Shown here piece by piece: positions 38,808 through 49,171 of a DNA stretch of 64,000 bases (the stretch's first letter is position 1; each line of letters starts with the position of its first letter). Origin of the DNA: Candidatus Latescibacterota bacterium (GTDB taxonomy: Bacteria; Latescibacterota; UBA2968); contig OZ242311.1 in NCBI GenBank assembly GCA_965207885.1, positions 3,040,001 through 3,104,000 of the forward strand, in the 5' to 3' direction. The position numbers and the translations under genes are program-made. The notes beneath the pieces were generated by a model. It had not been told where the DNA came from and did not search any database. It was given only the letters and a program-made list of their open reading frames with translations.

Positions 38808-39395
38808 ATGACAAAGCGTGTTGGCATTTTCGGAGGGACATTTGATCCCATTCACATTGGGCATTTAATTATCGGGCAGGAAATTATGCTCCAATGCGCG
38901 CTCGATCGGGTTGTGTTTATGCCGTCGGGCGATCCACCGCTCAAATACACTATGACTTCGGCTGAAGATCGCGCGATGATGGTCAGCCTGGCCGTGCGCG
39001 ATTATCCGGGATTTGTACTGAGTCGGTTCGAGTTGTCGCGCTCAGGGAAATCCTATACGATTGATACCTTGCGTTATTTGCGCAGAAATATGGACGAAGA
39101 CACAGAGATATTCTTGATTATTGGTGCCGATAATGCCGTTGAAATGGGCGACTGGTTTGACCCCGAAGGCGTGTTGGATATGGCTCATGTACTCGTGGCT
39201 GAACGCCCGGGTTTTGAGCGAGAGCACGTTGATCCCGCTTTCAAATCCAGGATGCAGTTTGTTGAAACACCCCAGCTGGATATTTCGTCAACGGCGATTA
39301 GAGAACGCGTACGCACCGGAAGACCGATTTCTTTTTATGTTCCTGATGCTGTTGCAGATTATATTAGAACCCACGGGTTATATCTTCAGGAGTAG
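38808..39395 (+). CDS. nadD: Nicotinate-nucleotide adenylyltransferase
   Basis: GGTFDPIHIGH, SYTIDT, IIGAD, ISSTAIR. Confidence 0.95.
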   Translation: MTKRVGIFGGTFDPIHIGHLIIGQEIMLQCALDRVVFMPSGDPPLKYTMTSAEDRAMMVSLAVRDYPGFVLSRFELSRSGKSYTIDTLRYLRRNMDEDTEIFLIIGADNAVEMGDWFDPEGVLDMAHVLVAERPGFEREHVDPAFKSRMQFVETPQLDISSTAIRERVRTGRPISFYVPDAVADYIRTHGLYLQE

Positions 39396-39405
39396 AGGGT
39401 TTGTT

Positions 39406-39657
39406 ATGAGCAACGAAAAACAAGAAGCCGAATGTCCCAGACTTGGGGGAATGCCCGAAGCTAGGATTCAGCGTTATTTCTGTGTGGATGATGACAAGTG
39501 TCACGCGCTGGCACTCGTATCAGAAGATGCCAAAATCCTATCAAAAGAAGCCAAAGAAATTGTTGTAAGAGGTGAGGTCGTCAAAGGGTGGATCGTGGAA
39601 TTGGAGGTGCCCGCTACAGATGGCGTGGTTCGCATGGACCTTGTGGCAAAGCCGTGA
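39406..39657 (+). CDS. Hypothetical protein (83 aa)
   Basis: ATG after GAGGG, between nadD and zapA; no recognised motif. Confidence 0.6.
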   Translation: MSNEKQEAECPRLGGMPEARIQRYFCVDDDKCHALALVSEDAKILSKEAKEIVVRGEVVKGWIVELEVPATDGVVRMDLVAKP

Positions 39658-39724
39658 TTATAGTCGGGTAGGGAGTTGGGGGCTGATTGCTGGACGCACG
39701 GCATAACTTTAGTAAAGCTATATT

Positions 39725-40021
39725 ATGTCCCATTCTGATGATTTACATAAGACCAAGGTGACGATCTTTGGATCTGAATATGTACTCAGCAGTGAGGAGT
39801 CGGAGGAATATACCTCTAAAATTTCAAATTTTGTCGATCAAAAAATGAACCTGATTGCCGCCGTCGAAAATACAGGTGATACCGCTCGGATTGCACTGAT
39901 GGCGGCATTTGATATTGCCAATCAAATTGTGCGTCATCGCACTCGGCGTCGAGAAGACCGCATTCGCATAGATGAAGCTCTCAGGCGTTTGGAGCAGCAT
40001 ATAGATAGCGCAAAGAAGTGA
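39725..40021 (+). CDS. zapA: Cell division protein ZapA
   Basis: KVTIFGSEY.L, VDQKM..I, RIALMAAFDIA, coiled-coil tail. Confidence 0.85.
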   Translation: MSHSDDLHKTKVTIFGSEYVLSSEESEEYTSKISNFVDQKMNLIAAVENTGDTARIALMAAFDIANQIVRHRTRRREDRIRIDEALRRLEQHIDSAKK

Positions 40022-40040
40022 GAGGGACCCCTCTCGTATC

Positions 40041-40733
40041 TCACCTCGTAAACCAATACTTAAAAATTGTAAATAAAATTTTCCACCCCGCCTTGAGGGT
40101 GCCTTTTAGAGTGCCAGTAATTTTGGAAATGCCGATGCGTTTTCTATAACTTACTGGCATTTCTTGTATTTTTAACGCCTGTTTTGCTGCTTTGACCTGC
40201 ATCTCTACTGTCCATCCAAAAGTTTTATCCCGCATATTTAAGTCTCTGAGTGCCCGATAGCGAATCGCCCGAAATGGTCCCAGGTCTGTATAGGATACAC
40301 CAAAGAGGATTTTGATGAGGCTGGTGGCCAAACGGTTGCCAAAACGCGCCTGAATCATCAGCGCACCGGGTTCACTATTGCCTAAAACGCGTGAGCCAAT
40401 CACGAGATCAGCACGGTTTTCCAGGATAGGCGCAATCAGGTCTGGCATTTCGTTGGGATGATCGCTGTAGTCGCCATCGAGAAAGACGACGATGTCCGGA
40501 TTATTGGTTGCTGCTATGCCAGCGAGGCAGGCAGAACCGTATCCACGGCGATTTTCTCGAACAATGCGTGCGCCCATTGCTGCGGCTAATTTTGCAGTTT
40601 GGTCGGTTGACCCATTATCGACGACGATGATTTCGGTGGGTAAATGACTGGGAATATCGCCAATTACTTTTTCTATAGCATCTTGCTCGTTAAAAACCGG
40701 AATAATAACTGAGATGCGTGGGGGGGCGGGCAT
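40041..40733 (-). CDS. Glycosyltransferase family 2 (DPM synthase-like)
   Basis: VIIPVFNE, VVDNGSTD, FLDGDYSD, TDLGPFRAI. Confidence 0.92.
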   Translation of the reverse strand: MPAPPRISVIIPVFNEQDAIEKVIGDIPSHLPTEIIVVDNGSTDQTAKLAAAMGARIVRENRRGYGSACLAGIAATNNPDIVVFLDGDYSDHPNEMPDLIAPILENRADLVIGSRVLGNSEPGALMIQARFGNRLATSLIKILFGVSYTDLGPFRAIRYRALRDLNMRDKTFGWTVEMQVKAAKQALKIQEMPVSYRKRIGISKITGTLKGTLKAGWKILFTIFKYWFTR

Positions 40734-40995
40734 AGGCTATGTTCTCTTCAAAAGTGATTTATCCATTCACGTCTTTATGAAAGGGATAACTACCCATGTT
40801 GGCTGGAGAATATTTTTTCGTATTTTGACAGCATCCAAGATAAAGAGATATTCTGAACTTGTCAGATATTAATATCTCGGGAAGTCGGCTTTTCCCTTGA
40901 CCTTATTTTGGCTTTATCGTAATTTTTGAAAATTCATAGATACTTATAAGTTATTGGAATATTGCATTGTCTGGCAATCAATTACTGGAATTGAA

Positions 40996-42420
40996 ATGGA
41001 TGTTATAAGAGGAGCACAGGTCGAGGGACGGCGCAGTGTTGAACGCGTTGATACCGGTTTGCAAATCCGTTTGGTACATCCCGATGGGATTGGAGAAGCA
41101 ATTGGGTTGCAGCGCGGCGATGTCGTAGAAACGATCAATGGACATCCCGTGCGCGATCCCATTGATTACCGTTTTCACATGGGTGAAGAAGATGTATCGG
41201 CCTTAGTGCGTCGAGGTGAGGATAGATTTTTATTTGAAATTGAAAAAGATATTGAAGACGATTTGGGTGTGGATTTTGAAGATATGCCCATTCTCAAATG
41301 TGATAACAAGTGTGTTTTTTGCTTTTTGCATCAGATGCCCAAAGGTCTGCGTAAGACCCTGTATTACCAGGATGACGACTATCGATTGTCTTTTCTGCAC
41401 GGGGCTTATGTCACGCTGACAAACCTGTCTGAAGATGAATTTCAGCGCATTATTGACCAGAAATTGAGTCCAATGTACATCTCGGTCCACGCCACGGATC
41501 CCAAATTGCGAGCGGAATTGCTCGGTCGCAGGCGGGCAACACCTGTTTTGGATCGGATTGATATCTTAGCCAAGCATGGGATTCAGATGCACGCGCAAGT
41601 GGTCTTATGCCCGGGTATCAACGATGGTCGGGCACTTAAACAGACGGTTTTTGATCTTGCTGCACGTCATCCGCGCGTTGAATCCCTGGGCGTTGTACCC
41701 CTGGGCTTGACAAAATTTCGCAAAAATCTTCCCAGCTTGAACCGCGTGACGCAAGCCGATGCAGCCACGGCAATTCGCCAGGTAACAGCGTGGCAGGGTA
41801 TGCTAAAAAAACGCCTGGGTACGCGCTTTGTGTATTTGGGCGATGAAATGTATTTGCTGACGGATCAATCTGTGCCTCCGCAATCTGAATACGATGGGTT
41901 TCCACTCGTCGAAAATGGAATTGGCATGGTTCGCCGCTTTGTCGATGGATTTGAAAATCGGATTGAGGATCTCGAAAATTTAGCGTTGCCGCGGCAGCGT
42001 TTTGTACTCGTAACGGGTATGTTGGGTACGCATTTTTTGGATGCAATAGTCAAACGTTTGAACCAAATTTCCTGGATTAATGCCCGCGTTGTACCTGTGG
42101 TCAATCGCTTTCTTGGCGAAGGTATAACGGTTTCTGGATTGCTGTCGGGCAACGATATTGGTCGCGCACTCATAGATGCTCGTATCAGAAGCGATGAGAC
42201 CGTTCTTTTACCTCCCAACTGCTTGAATCATAATGGTCTATTTTTAGATGATCTTTTGCTTGACGACCTGGAGCAACAGGTGGGCTGTCGGATCATTGTG
42301 GGTACTTACGACCTGGTGGAGACCATTCAAAATGCCGTTGACGATGTGTCGGCTTCTGTAGGTGCTGGCAGTGAAATTGTGTCGCATCCGTATATTTCCT
42401 CACATCAGATGGAGAATTAG
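40996..42420 (+). CDS. PDZ plus DUF512 radical-SAM-like protein (TIGR03279 type)
   Basis: N-terminal PDZ-like segment, CDNKCVFC, DDDYRLSFL.G.YVTLTN, ENGIGM; this family commonly precedes der. Confidence 0.88.
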   Translation: MDVIRGAQVEGRRSVERVDTGLQIRLVHPDGIGEAIGLQRGDVVETINGHPVRDPIDYRFHMGEEDVSALVRRGEDRFLFEIEKDIEDDLGVDFEDMPILKCDNKCVFCFLHQMPKGLRKTLYYQDDDYRLSFLHGAYVTLTNLSEDEFQRIIDQKLSPMYISVHATDPKLRAELLGRRRATPVLDRIDILAKHGIQMHAQVVLCPGINDGRALKQTVFDLAARHPRVESLGVVPLGLTKFRKNLPSLNRVTQADAATAIRQVTAWQGMLKKRLGTRFVYLGDEMYLLTDQSVPPQSEYDGFPLVENGIGMVRRFVDGFENRIEDLENLALPRQRFVLVTGMLGTHFLDAIVKRLNQISWINARVVPVVNRFLGEGITVSGLLSGNDIGRALIDARIRSDETVLLPPNCLNHNGLFLDDLLLDDLEQQVGCRIIVGTYDLVETIQNAVDDVSASVGAGSEIVSHPYISSHQMEN

Positions 42421-42423
42421 GCA

Positions 42424-43728
42424 ATGGGCGTCGTGGCGATTGTGGGGCGGCCAAATGTCGGTAAGTCAACGCTCTTTAACCGGCTGATTGGCGAGCGCAA
42501 AGCTGTAGTGGATGACTTTCCCGGTGTCACGCGCGATCGCAACTATGCACAGTGTACCTGGAATGGCAGAACCTTCACGCTGGTCGATACGGGTGGCTAT
42601 GTGCCCAATTCTGACGAAATAATCGCCGGTCTGGTTTCTCGACAGGTCGAGCTTGCTTTGGGGGAAGCGGACCTGTTGCTCTTTGTGGTTGATGCACAGA
42701 CTGGACCTACAGATTACGACGCAATTATGGCGCGCAAGATCCGCGATTCGGGTGCATCCTATCGGCTGATTGTCAACAAAGTCGATAGAGATGAGAACGA
42801 GGCCGATGGCACGGCCTTTTACGGTCTCGCACTTGGCGATCCACTATGCGTTTCTGCTATCAATGGTCGGCAATCGGGCGACTTGCTGGATGAAATCCTT
42901 ACAGGTCTTCCAGAAGAAGATGGCGGTTCAGAAGATGAATTGCCCCCTCGAATTGCGGTATTGGGCCGCCCGAATATGGGCAAATCTACCTTTGTGAACC
43001 GCCTGCTGGGACGGGAACGGGTGGTGGTAAGCGAGATTCCAGGTACGACGCGCGACGCGATTGATCTCTCGATGGAGCGCAATGGACAGCCATTTATACT
43101 GGTTGACACGGCAGGTTTGAGACGGCGGACGCGCATTAAAGAGCAAGTCGATTTTTACAGTTCGCTGCGTACCGTGGAAAGCCTTGAGCGATGCGATGTG
43201 GCGATTGTGCTGGTCGATGCTGTAGAAGGGTGTACAGTACAGGATGTCAAAATCTCAGAACGCGCTGTCGAACTGGGCAAAGGGCTGATCGTGGGCATCA
43301 ACAAATGGGACCTGATTGAAAAAGACGGCCATACAGCCGACAAAATAGCCCAGCAAATCCGCTCGCGCTTTGTACATCTCGAAAACTATCCCATTGTTTT
43401 TTTATCGGCACTTACGGGGCAACGCGCGTGGCGCATTATTGATCTGGCTCTGGATGTAGCACTAAAACGTCGCCTTCGCATTCCAACGGGTGAATTGAAC
43501 GACTTTTTGACGCATCTCAATGCAACAACGGCTCCGCCAACAAAAAATGGACGGGTCTTTCGCATGTCTTTCTGTGTTATGCCGCGCAGTGCACCGCCAA
43601 CCATTCTCTTTTTTACCAGGCGGCCCAAGGATGTTCCCACGCACTATCGTCGGTTTTTAGAGCGCAGGCTCAGGCAGGCGTTTGATTTTTACGGCACCCC
43701 CATCCGCATCTTATTTAAAAAGAAGTGA
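42424..43728 (+). CDS. der: Ribosome biogenesis GTPase Der
   Basis: Two G domains (GRPNVGKS, GRPNMGKS), DTGG/DTAG, NKVD/NKWD, KH-like tail. Confidence 0.97.
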   Translation: MGVVAIVGRPNVGKSTLFNRLIGERKAVVDDFPGVTRDRNYAQCTWNGRTFTLVDTGGYVPNSDEIIAGLVSRQVELALGEADLLLFVVDAQTGPTDYDAIMARKIRDSGASYRLIVNKVDRDENEADGTAFYGLALGDPLCVSAINGRQSGDLLDEILTGLPEEDGGSEDELPPRIAVLGRPNMGKSTFVNRLLGRERVVVSEIPGTTRDAIDLSMERNGQPFILVDTAGLRRRTRIKEQVDFYSSLRTVESLERCDVAIVLVDAVEGCTVQDVKISERAVELGKGLIVGINKWDLIEKDGHTADKIAQQIRSRFVHLENYPIVFLSALTGQRAWRIIDLALDVALKRRLRIPTGELNDFLTHLNATTAPPTKNGRVFRMSFCVMPRSAPPTILFFTRRPKDVPTHYRRFLERRLRQAFDFYGTPIRILFKKK

Positions 43729-43733
43729 TATCT

Positions 43734-44111
43734 ATGCGTCCAGGTGGCATAAAAAAGCTCTATTATTCGATCCGCGAGGTATCGGAACTCACCGGCATAG
43801 AATCCCATGTTCTAAGATTTTGGGAGAAAGAATTTTCTCAACTAAATCCCAGACGTGGCCGATCGGGCAATCGCGCGTACACAGAGCGAAATATCAAGGT
43901 CATTTTGGCAATTAAGGACTTGCTCTACGCCCAGAAATACACGATTCAAGGGGCGGTTGAAAGGCTGAAGATAGACCGCAGTTTATGGGAAAATCAGAGT
44001 ATTGAAGACGCGACGTCTAATGTTGAAAATCCACTGGTTGAATTACGGCGCATGTTGTTCGAACTCAAGCAACTTATAGAGGGGGGAGAGGCATCGGATG
44101 CCGGGAAATAA
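43734..44111 (+). CDS. MerR-family HTH protein, ZapT-like
   Basis: KLYYSIREVSELTG...HVLRFWEKEF..L.P....GNR.Y...LLY..KYTIQGA plus a short C-terminal coiled coil. Confidence 0.85.
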   Translation: MRPGGIKKLYYSIREVSELTGIESHVLRFWEKEFSQLNPRRGRSGNRAYTERNIKVILAIKDLLYAQKYTIQGAVERLKIDRSLWENQSIEDATSNVENPLVELRRMLFELKQLIEGGEASDAGK

Positions 44112-44157
44112 AACTTGCGTTATGCTATATAGTTTCTTATATTTAAGTTCTGATTAT

Positions 44158-44182
44158 AGAGTGGGCTTCTGCCCACTCTTTT
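44158..44182 (+). promoter_or_regulatory. rimP leader hairpin
   Basis: AGAGTGGGC-TTCT-GCCCACTCT-TTT, the conserved terminator-like hairpin found upstream of rimP-nusA-infB operons. Confidence 0.8.
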
Positions 44183-44295
44183 GGGTATATGGGGTATAGT
44201 TAGAACTATCAGCCCGATTAAGGCAACAGCTGCACGTGCAGCATATCTAGCGATACTCCACAACGCGCGGTAAAGTGGCAGTTTTGAGTTATTCA

Positions 44296-44736
44296 ATGCT
44301 TATCGAAGACACCCTGGCCCATCTGATTCTTCCGTTCCTCAATCGTCGGGATGTCGAGTTGGTTGAGTTGGCTGTCTCTGGCGATCATAGACGAAAAATC
44401 GTACGCATCTTCGTCGATCGTCCCGATGGGATTACAGTTGGGGAATGTGCTGCACTCAGTCGGGATATTGCAGATATATTGGATACGCGAGATCCGATTG
44501 ATGGCACATACCTGCTCGAAGTTTCATCTCCGGGCTTGACGCGCCCCTTAAAGACGGACCGCGATTTTGAACGGGTGGTTGGCAGAGCGCTGCGGCTTGT
44601 TGTAGATGGCCTCGGTGTTTCGGTAGGAACGCTCTTGCAGGTCAAAGCCGATCACCTCGATGTCGAGTTACAGGGCAAACGAACCACTATTGAACGCGCA
44701 AAAATTCAGAAAGCCACTGTGCATTTTGAGTTGTAA
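44296..44736 (+). CDS. rimP: Ribosome maturation factor RimP
   Basis: RIFVD...GIT..EC..LSR, Y.LEVSSPGL.RPL. Confidence 0.93.
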   Translation: MLIEDTLAHLILPFLNRRDVELVELAVSGDHRRKIVRIFVDRPDGITVGECAALSRDIADILDTRDPIDGTYLLEVSSPGLTRPLKTDRDFERVVGRALRLVVDGLGVSVGTLLQVKADHLDVELQGKRTTIERAKIQKATVHFEL

Positions 44737-44757
44737 TTGGTCGAGGAGGAGCCTCAC

Positions 44758-46098
44758 TTGAATTACGAAGTTCTCGAAGCGTTAAGGCAAATTGCCCAGG
44801 AAAAAAATGTCAACCGCGATCTGGTTATCGAAACCCTTGAAATGGGGCTAATCTCTGCGGCAAAAAAGCGGTTTGGAACCGGGGATAATGTCGAAGTCAA
44901 CTTCGATAACAGCTCTGGAGAGATTATCGTTGAGGCGGTCAAAGAAATCGTCGCCGATGATTCGGTCGAAGATCCGGGAATCCAAATTGGCGTGACACAA
45001 GCGCGCAAAGCAGACACCGATGCAAAGGTCGGTGGGGAATTGAGACTTCGCCTCAACTTTGCCGATTTTGGGCGCAATGCGATTCAAACGACAAGGCAGG
45101 TACTCGTCCAGAGAGTCAGGGAAGCCGAGCGCGAGAAAATCTACGAAGATTATCAGGGGCGTATTGGAGAAATTATTTCGGGAACCGTGCAGCAAATTAG
45201 TCGGGGGGATATTCTCGTCAACCTGGGGAGAACAGAAGCTGTTATTCCGCTTAAAGAGCAAATCAGAAAAGAACGCTATCGGCAGGGAGATCCCATTCGC
45301 GCCTACTTGCACGATGTTTTGCGTACAGCCAAAGGCCCCCAGGTGGTATTGAGCCGTACACATCCCGCATTTCTCGAAAAGCTCTTCCAGCTTGAGGTCC
45401 CCGAAATTTATGAAGGTGTTATTGAAATAAAAGCCGTTTCTCGCGAACCGGGTGTGCGGGCCAAAATAGCTGTTTACTCCAATGATGCGCGTATTGATCC
45501 CGTGGGGGCTTGCGTGGGTATGAAAGGCTCGCGCGTACAGGCTGTGGTGCGTGAATTGAGCAGCGAACGCATAGATATTGTGCCATGGAGTGACGATGAA
45601 GCGATCTTTTTGTCGCGTGCTTTGAACCCTGCCACAGTTCGCCGCGTGGTGATTGACCGGCGAGAAAAACGCATGTCGGCTATAGTCGATGATGATCAAC
45701 TTTCTCTGGCTATTGGTAAAGAGGGTCAGAATGCGCGTTTGGCATCGCAGTTGACTGGCTGGCACGTCGATATTATGACTGAAACCCGTTATGACGAAAT
45801 ACAAGCTGAACGCCTGGCTACAACAGTGCCATTGGCCGAAGTAGCCGGCACTGGTCAAGTGACGCGAGACCGCCTTGAGGCCTCGGGTATCATGTCTGCC
45901 AATGACCTCGTCCGTGTATCCTTAAATACGTTGCTCAATGTGCCTGGTATCGGCGAAACGACGGCTGAAAAATTGCGAGAGACCGCACAGGAAATTGTCA
46001 ATGCAAAAGTATCTGCTTACCGCGAAGAAAAAGCGCTTTTACAAGCAGAGGCAGAGGAAGCAAAATCCACTGAAAATACATCTAAAAATGACGAATGA
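44758..46098 (+). CDS. nusA: Transcription termination factor NusA
   Basis: TTG start after GAGGAGG; FGRNA.Q, S1 and KH domains, GACVGMKGSR, AIGKEGQNARLA. Confidence 0.96.
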   Translation: MNYEVLEALRQIAQEKNVNRDLVIETLEMGLISAAKKRFGTGDNVEVNFDNSSGEIIVEAVKEIVADDSVEDPGIQIGVTQARKADTDAKVGGELRLRLNFADFGRNAIQTTRQVLVQRVREAEREKIYEDYQGRIGEIISGTVQQISRGDILVNLGRTEAVIPLKEQIRKERYRQGDPIRAYLHDVLRTAKGPQVVLSRTHPAFLEKLFQLEVPEIYEGVIEIKAVSREPGVRAKIAVYSNDARIDPVGACVGMKGSRVQAVVRELSSERIDIVPWSDDEAIFLSRALNPATVRRVVIDRREKRMSAIVDDDQLSLAIGKEGQNARLASQLTGWHVDIMTETRYDEIQAERLATTVPLAEVAGTGQVTRDRLEASGIMSANDLVRVSLNTLLNVPGIGETTAEKLRETAQEIVNAKVSAYREEKALLQAEAEEAKSTENTSKNDE

Positions 46099-46114
46099 TT
46101 CGGAGGTGAGCCTA

Positions 46115-48547
46115 TTGACAAAGAGAAATGTCAAAACACCAGAAAAGAAAAAACGAGTTTACGAGATTGCGCGCGAGTTCAATTTGTCGAGCGTTGCCAT
46201 GGTTGAGCAGATTAGAAGCCTTGGTTTTGAAGTCAAAAATCACATGGCGATCTGTACGACTGAAATGGTCGAGGCGGTACAAAAGAAGTTTGATTCAGAA
46301 CGCCAGGCGACGCGACGAAAACTCAGACGCAAAGACGATGAAAAAAAGGAACGCGAGATTCGCGAGCAAAAACCTCGCGTGAGCCGGTTCCGTTCGGTTC
46401 AGTCGGATAAAAAAACCGAGACCGGTAGCGAAAGCAGGCAGCGTCCTCGTCGCAGAAGACGCCGAACTGATTATCCGACTGTTATCGTAGAAGATGTCAG
46501 TCAGACGCCAGTGCAACAGGAACCCAAAACAAAAGCGCCAAAAACCAAAGAAGAAAAACCTGTAGTAAAAGAAGAGACCAAGCCCAAAGCAAAACCTGTA
46601 CAGGAAAAAAGAAGTCGCACGCGACCTCCTCGAAAACGCCGTCGCAGACGCAAACGTCCTGTCGTTGATGAGCGTGAAGTATCAGAAAATGTGCGTCGAA
46701 CACTGGCGCAAATGTCGAGTGGTGCGGCACCGTCACGGGTGCGCCGTCGCCGTCGTCAGGATAGTGAAAAGCCTGAAGACGAGACGACAGACGGGCAAGT
46801 TCTCAAAGTCAATGAGTTTACAACCATTGGCGAACTCGCTTCTCAGATGGATGTGCGTCCCACAGAAGTCATCACACAATGTCTCAAATTGGGCATGGTG
46901 GTGACCATCAACCAGCGCCTTGATATGGATACCATCACGCTTGTTGCCGATGAATTTGGTTTCGGCGTTGAAGAACTCGAAGAATACGGCGAAGAGGTAT
47001 TGGCAGTAGAGGTAGAAGTGCCTGGAGATAGTCAAAAACCAAGGCCTCCGGTGGTTACAATTATGGGGCATGTAGATCACGGGAAAACATCTCTTTTGGA
47101 TTATATCCGAGAGACCAATGTGATGGAAGGTGAAGCTGGCGGCATTACGCAGCATATTGGTGCGTATCACGTTGAACTCGGTGATGGTCGTGAAATCTGT
47201 TTTCTCGATACGCCTGGGCACGAAGCTTTTACGGCAATGCGTGCCAGAGGTGCCAGCGTAACCGATGTCGTCGTTCTGGTCGTAGCGGCAGATGATAGTG
47301 TGATGCCACAAACAGTAGAAGCCATTGATCATGCCAAAGCGGCCAACGTGCCCCTCGTCGTGGCAATTAACAAAATCGACTTGCCAACTTCCGATCCCGA
47401 CAAAATCAAACGGGAGTTGACCGAGCACAATGTCATCGTAGAGGATTATGGCGGCAGCGTTCAAGTTTGCGAAATTTCCGCCAAAACTGGACAAAATATC
47501 GATGCTTTGCTCGAGTTACTGGCTCTTGAAACAGAAATGCTCGAACTTGTTGCCCATCCCGATAAGCGCGCCAAAGGCACTATCGTAGAATCAAAACTCG
47601 ACCGAGGACGAGGAAATGTGGCAACAGTGCTCGTGCAAGAAGGCAGGCTACAAGTCGGTGATCCGTTTATTACAGGCATGTTTAGTGGGCGCGTCCGCGC
47701 AATGCTCGATGAGCGTGGTATATCCGTGACAACAGCAGGACCTTCTCGTCCGGTTCAGGTTCTCGGTCTGGCTGGGTTGCCCCAGGCAGGGGATACTTTT
47801 CACGTGGTTGAAAATGAGCGCGAAGCCCGCGATATCAGCCAGAAACGGCAGCAACTCAGGCGCGAACAAGAATTTCATCGGGTACGTCGGGTATCGTTGT
47901 CCGACATTCACAACCAGATTGAGACGGGCAATATAGAGGAGTTGCGTCTGATTATTAAAGGCGATGTCGATGGGTCTGTCGAGGCCTTGCAAGACGCACT
48001 ATTGCAAATTGAACACGAAGAAGTACATTTATCGGTGATTCACCGCGCTGTAGGTGCTATCTCCGAATCTGACATTTTGCTCGCATCAGCCTCTGATGCC
48101 ATTATCATCGGTTTTAATGTGCGTCCCGATGCAAATGCAAGAGAGGTTGCGGCACAAGAACGCGTTGATATTCGTTTGTATCGCGTAATTTACGAAGTCG
48201 TCGAAGACATTCGCGCTGCCCTTTCTGGGTTGTTGGCACCCAAAATTGAAGAAAATGTACAGGGCGAAGCGCAGGTCCGCGAGCTTTTCCAGGTGGCAAG
48301 TGTTGGCACAATTGCCGGATGTCTTGTTTCTCAAGGACTCATCCACCGCACGACCAATGCGCGCGTTTTGCGCGATGGCGTTATTGTTTACGAAGGTCGT
48401 ATTGGGTCTTTGCGGCGTTTTAAGGATGATGTTCGCGAAGTGCAAAACGGTTTTGAATGCGGCATTGGTATCGAAAATTTTAACGATGTCAAAGTCGGCG
48501 ATGTTATTGAAACTTACGAACTCGTTGAAACTACCCGCTCGATCTAA
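46115..48547 (+). CDS. infB: Translation initiation factor IF-2
   Basis: Probable TTG start after GGAGGTG; [28 protein letters not shown]. Confidence 0.97.
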   Translation: MTKRNVKTPEKKKRVYEIAREFNLSSVAMVEQIRSLGFEVKNHMAICTTEMVEAVQKKFDSERQATRRKLRRKDDEKKEREIREQKPRVSRFRSVQSDKKTETGSESRQRPRRRRRRTDYPTVIVEDVSQTPVQQEPKTKAPKTKEEKPVVKEETKPKAKPVQEKRSRTRPPRKRRRRRKRPVVDEREVSENVRRTLAQMSSGAAPSRVRRRRRQDSEKPEDETTDGQVLKVNEFTTIGELASQMDVRPTEVITQCLKLGMVVTINQRLDMDTITLVADEFGFGVEELEEYGEEVLAVEVEVPGDSQKPRPPVVTIMGHVDHGKTSLLDYIRETNVMEGEAGGITQHIGAYHVELGDGREICFLDTPGHEAFTAMRARGASVTDVVVLVVAADDSVMPQTVEAIDHAKAANVPLVVAINKIDLPTSDPDKIKRELTEHNVIVEDYGGSVQVCEISAKTGQNIDALLELLALETEMLELVAHPDKRAKGTIVESKLDRGRGNVATVLVQEGRLQVGDPFITGMFSGRVRAMLDERGISVTTAGPSRPVQVLGLAGLPQAGDTFHVVENEREARDISQKRQQLRREQEFHRVRRVSLSDIHNQIETGNIEELRLIIKGDVDGSVEALQDALLQIEHEEVHLSVIHRAVGAISESDILLASASDAIIIGFNVRPDANAREVAAQERVDIRLYRVIYEVVEDIRAALSGLLAPKIEENVQGEAQVRELFQVASVGTIAGCLVSQGLIHRTTNARVLRDGVIVYEGRIGSLRRFKDDVREVQNGFECGIGIENFNDVKVGDVIETYELVETTRSI

Positions 48548-48828
48548 TGACCATTGGTTTTTGTCATCTCGATCTGTATTTGCCCGAATGCGCCTCGCTG
48601 AAACAGAAACGCAGCGTGCTCAAGAGCATCACGACGCGCACGCGCAACAAATTCAATGTATCTGTTTCTGAACTGGGCGATAATGACCGCTGGCAAAGAG
48701 CACAATTAGGTGTTGCAACAGTTGCCAACGACTCGCGGTATGCCAATCAGATATTGTCAAAGGTAGTCAATTTCATCGAGCGAGAAGATCGCCTTATTGT
48801 GGTAGATTATTCGTTGGAGTTGCTCTGA
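48547..48828 (+). CDS. DUF503 (YlxP) protein
   Basis: SLKQKRSVLKS...RNKFNVSVSE; canonical position between infB and rbfA. Confidence 0.92.
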   Translation: MTIGFCHLDLYLPECASLKQKRSVLKSITTRTRNKFNVSVSELGDNDRWQRAQLGVATVANDSRYANQILSKVVNFIEREDRLIVVDYSLELL

Positions 48829-48829
48829 T

Positions 48830-49171
48830 ATGCCATCTTATCGGCCGGAAAGTGTGGGAAAAGCCATTCAGGTTGCCCTGAGTGAAATTTTGCACACGGA
48901 AACCCGTGACCCCGGTCTGTCCGAAGTCACGATTACGGCTGTCACGATGTCTCGTGACCTGCGCACAGCCAGGGTTTACATCAGTGTGATGAGTGGCTCC
49001 GTAGCGCAAACAGAGGCGCTCGAGCGCCTGATGGGAGCAATATCTTTCTTGCGCCGTGCGCTCGCTCAGCGCGTTCAATTGCGACACGTGCCTGAGTTGG
49101 TTTTCGCCTGGGATGATTCCATCACACAGGGAGCGATTATTGAGCAATTGCTCAATAATCTCAACACATAG
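48830..49171 (+). CDS. rbfA: Ribosome-binding factor A
   Basis: DP.L..VTIT.V..S.DL..ARVY, LR.VPEL.F..D. Confidence 0.94.
   Translation: MPSYRPESVGKAIQVALSEILHTETRDPGLSEVTITAVTMSRDLRTARVYISVMSGSVAQTEALERLMGAISFLRRALAQRVQLRHVPELVFAWDDSITQGAIIEQLLNNLNT

Noticed and set aside
40022-40040. 6S RNA downstream of zapA
   Set aside because: Only 19 bp separate zapA from the convergent glycosyltransferase gene, so there is no room.
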